A stretch of 62,533 nucleotides of DNA, the filler included, from Basidioascus undulatus (taxonomy: Eukaryota): the NCBI GenBank assembly GCA_000826855.1. It is 10 parts of 10 records of this genome, joined end to end, with 100 filler letters (N's around TTAATTAATTAA, not from the genome) between each part and the next. Parts side by side here need not be neighbours in the genome. Positions count along the whole stretch, not along the records: positions 56,398 to 62,533 come from JTLS01001801.1; 9 more parts are not named here. The stretch is one strand, 5' to 3'. The notes under the pieces were generated by a model. The model was not told the DNA's origin. It saw nothing but the letters and a program-made list of their open reading frames with translations, and did no database searches. This document shows, piece after piece, positions 61,777-62,533 of the stretch. Within the stretch, counting starts at the first letter, position 1. Each line of letters opens with the position of its first letter. A program made the translations under genes and the position numbers.

Positions 61777-62533
61777 TCAATCCACCTCCGACGCCCTCAG
61801 CGTGTCCTCCGCCTCCCTTAGCGCCTCCTGCAGCCCTCTATCGCGCGCGAGCTCCGGCCGGGCGAGTGCCTTCTGGAGGACGGCGACTGCTGCGGCCGGG
61901 GAGGCGAGGAGGAGGTGCGCGCGGGCGGCGCGGTAGTAGCTGGGGAGAGGGTGGGGATGTGTGTCAGCGTAGGGAGGAAGGCGGGAAAGAAGGAAGGACG
62001 GGAGGAAGAAAGGAAAGGAGGGAGCAAGGGAGCAAGGGAAGCGGAGAGAGAAAGGAAGACGCACGCTTTCCCATACCCCTCATCCCACCTGATCGCCTCC
62101 TCCGCATCCTTCAGCGCCGCCCCCACATCCGCGCCGTCCCCCGCCAGCCGTGCCTGCGCACGATTCGCAAGGCACACCGCGCCGAGCCTGCCCAGTCTCC
62201 GCTTCTCCTCCCTCTGCGCACTCGAAACCTGCGCCATCCCATCCAAACAGCACTCCACGGCCTCCCCGTACTCCCTCACAGCGGCATCGCGCTTACCCCT
62301 CTTGAGCGCATCGTTCCCCGCCGCCTTGTGGCGCTCCACGGACGCCAGCGCGCGGGACACGTTGGCCGTGTTGAGGGAGTCTACGCCTGAGGCGACTTCG
62401 GCTGCTTCGGAGGGGGTCTCGAGGCGGTAGGCGAATGGGGGGGGAGGGAGGAGAGGAAGGGCGTGAGGGCGGGCAGGTGCGGGGCGAGCTTGAGGGCGAT
62501 TAGGAGGAGGGAGGGGAGGGAGGGGCGCAGGGG
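61777..62533 (-). CDS. TPR-domain protein, 3' part
   Basis: VERHKAAGNDALKRGKRDAAVREYGEAV...AVCLANRAQARL...AALKDAEEAIRWDEGYGK|..YYRAARAHLLL, giving three TPR motifs with one intron. Confidence 0.9.

Overview
This is not one locus. The window is ten unrelated ~6.1-6.2 kb contigs (6187, 6185, 6183, 6173, 6170, 6166, 6148, 6145, 6140, 6136 bp, i.e. sorted by length) joined by artificial 100-bp N/TTAATTAATTAA/N linkers. The DNA is eukaryotic, GC-rich and intron-dense (GT-AG introns mostly ~60-100 nt, CTGAC/CTAAC branch sites, many micro-exons), consistent with a basidiomycete fungus; a Pucciniomycotina-type yeast is plausible but is inference. Most ORFs in the six-frame track are therefore exon fragments or shadow ORFs. 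Recognisable genes: a complete type I DnaJ with a CaaX box, EFM4-like methyltransferase (5' part), intron-containing tRNA-Ala(AGC), a degenerate tannase/feruloyl esterase, CstF-64/Rna15 (3' end), an alpha/beta hydrolase, DGK1 (3' part), UTP14 (5' part), HOM2 (3' part), a probable COG1 3' end and a TPR protein. Several decayed accessory genes are also present (kinase-like, MYND finger, F-box-like). The most unusual element is a minus-strand gene at 39873-41000 that the ORF track does not assemble. It encodes a signal peptide, a propeptide ending in KR, and a ~107-aa, ~93% charged Lys/Asp/Glu tract built from nine tandemly duplicated phase-0 micro-exon+intron units. Also notable are a CpG-depleted block of palindromic tandem repeats (13.4-14.75 kb), a 450-bp TIR element with a possible hAT remnant, and a tail-to-tail overlap of two genes near 52.6-52.8 kb. 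All assignments come from manual reading and motif recognition; no searches were run.
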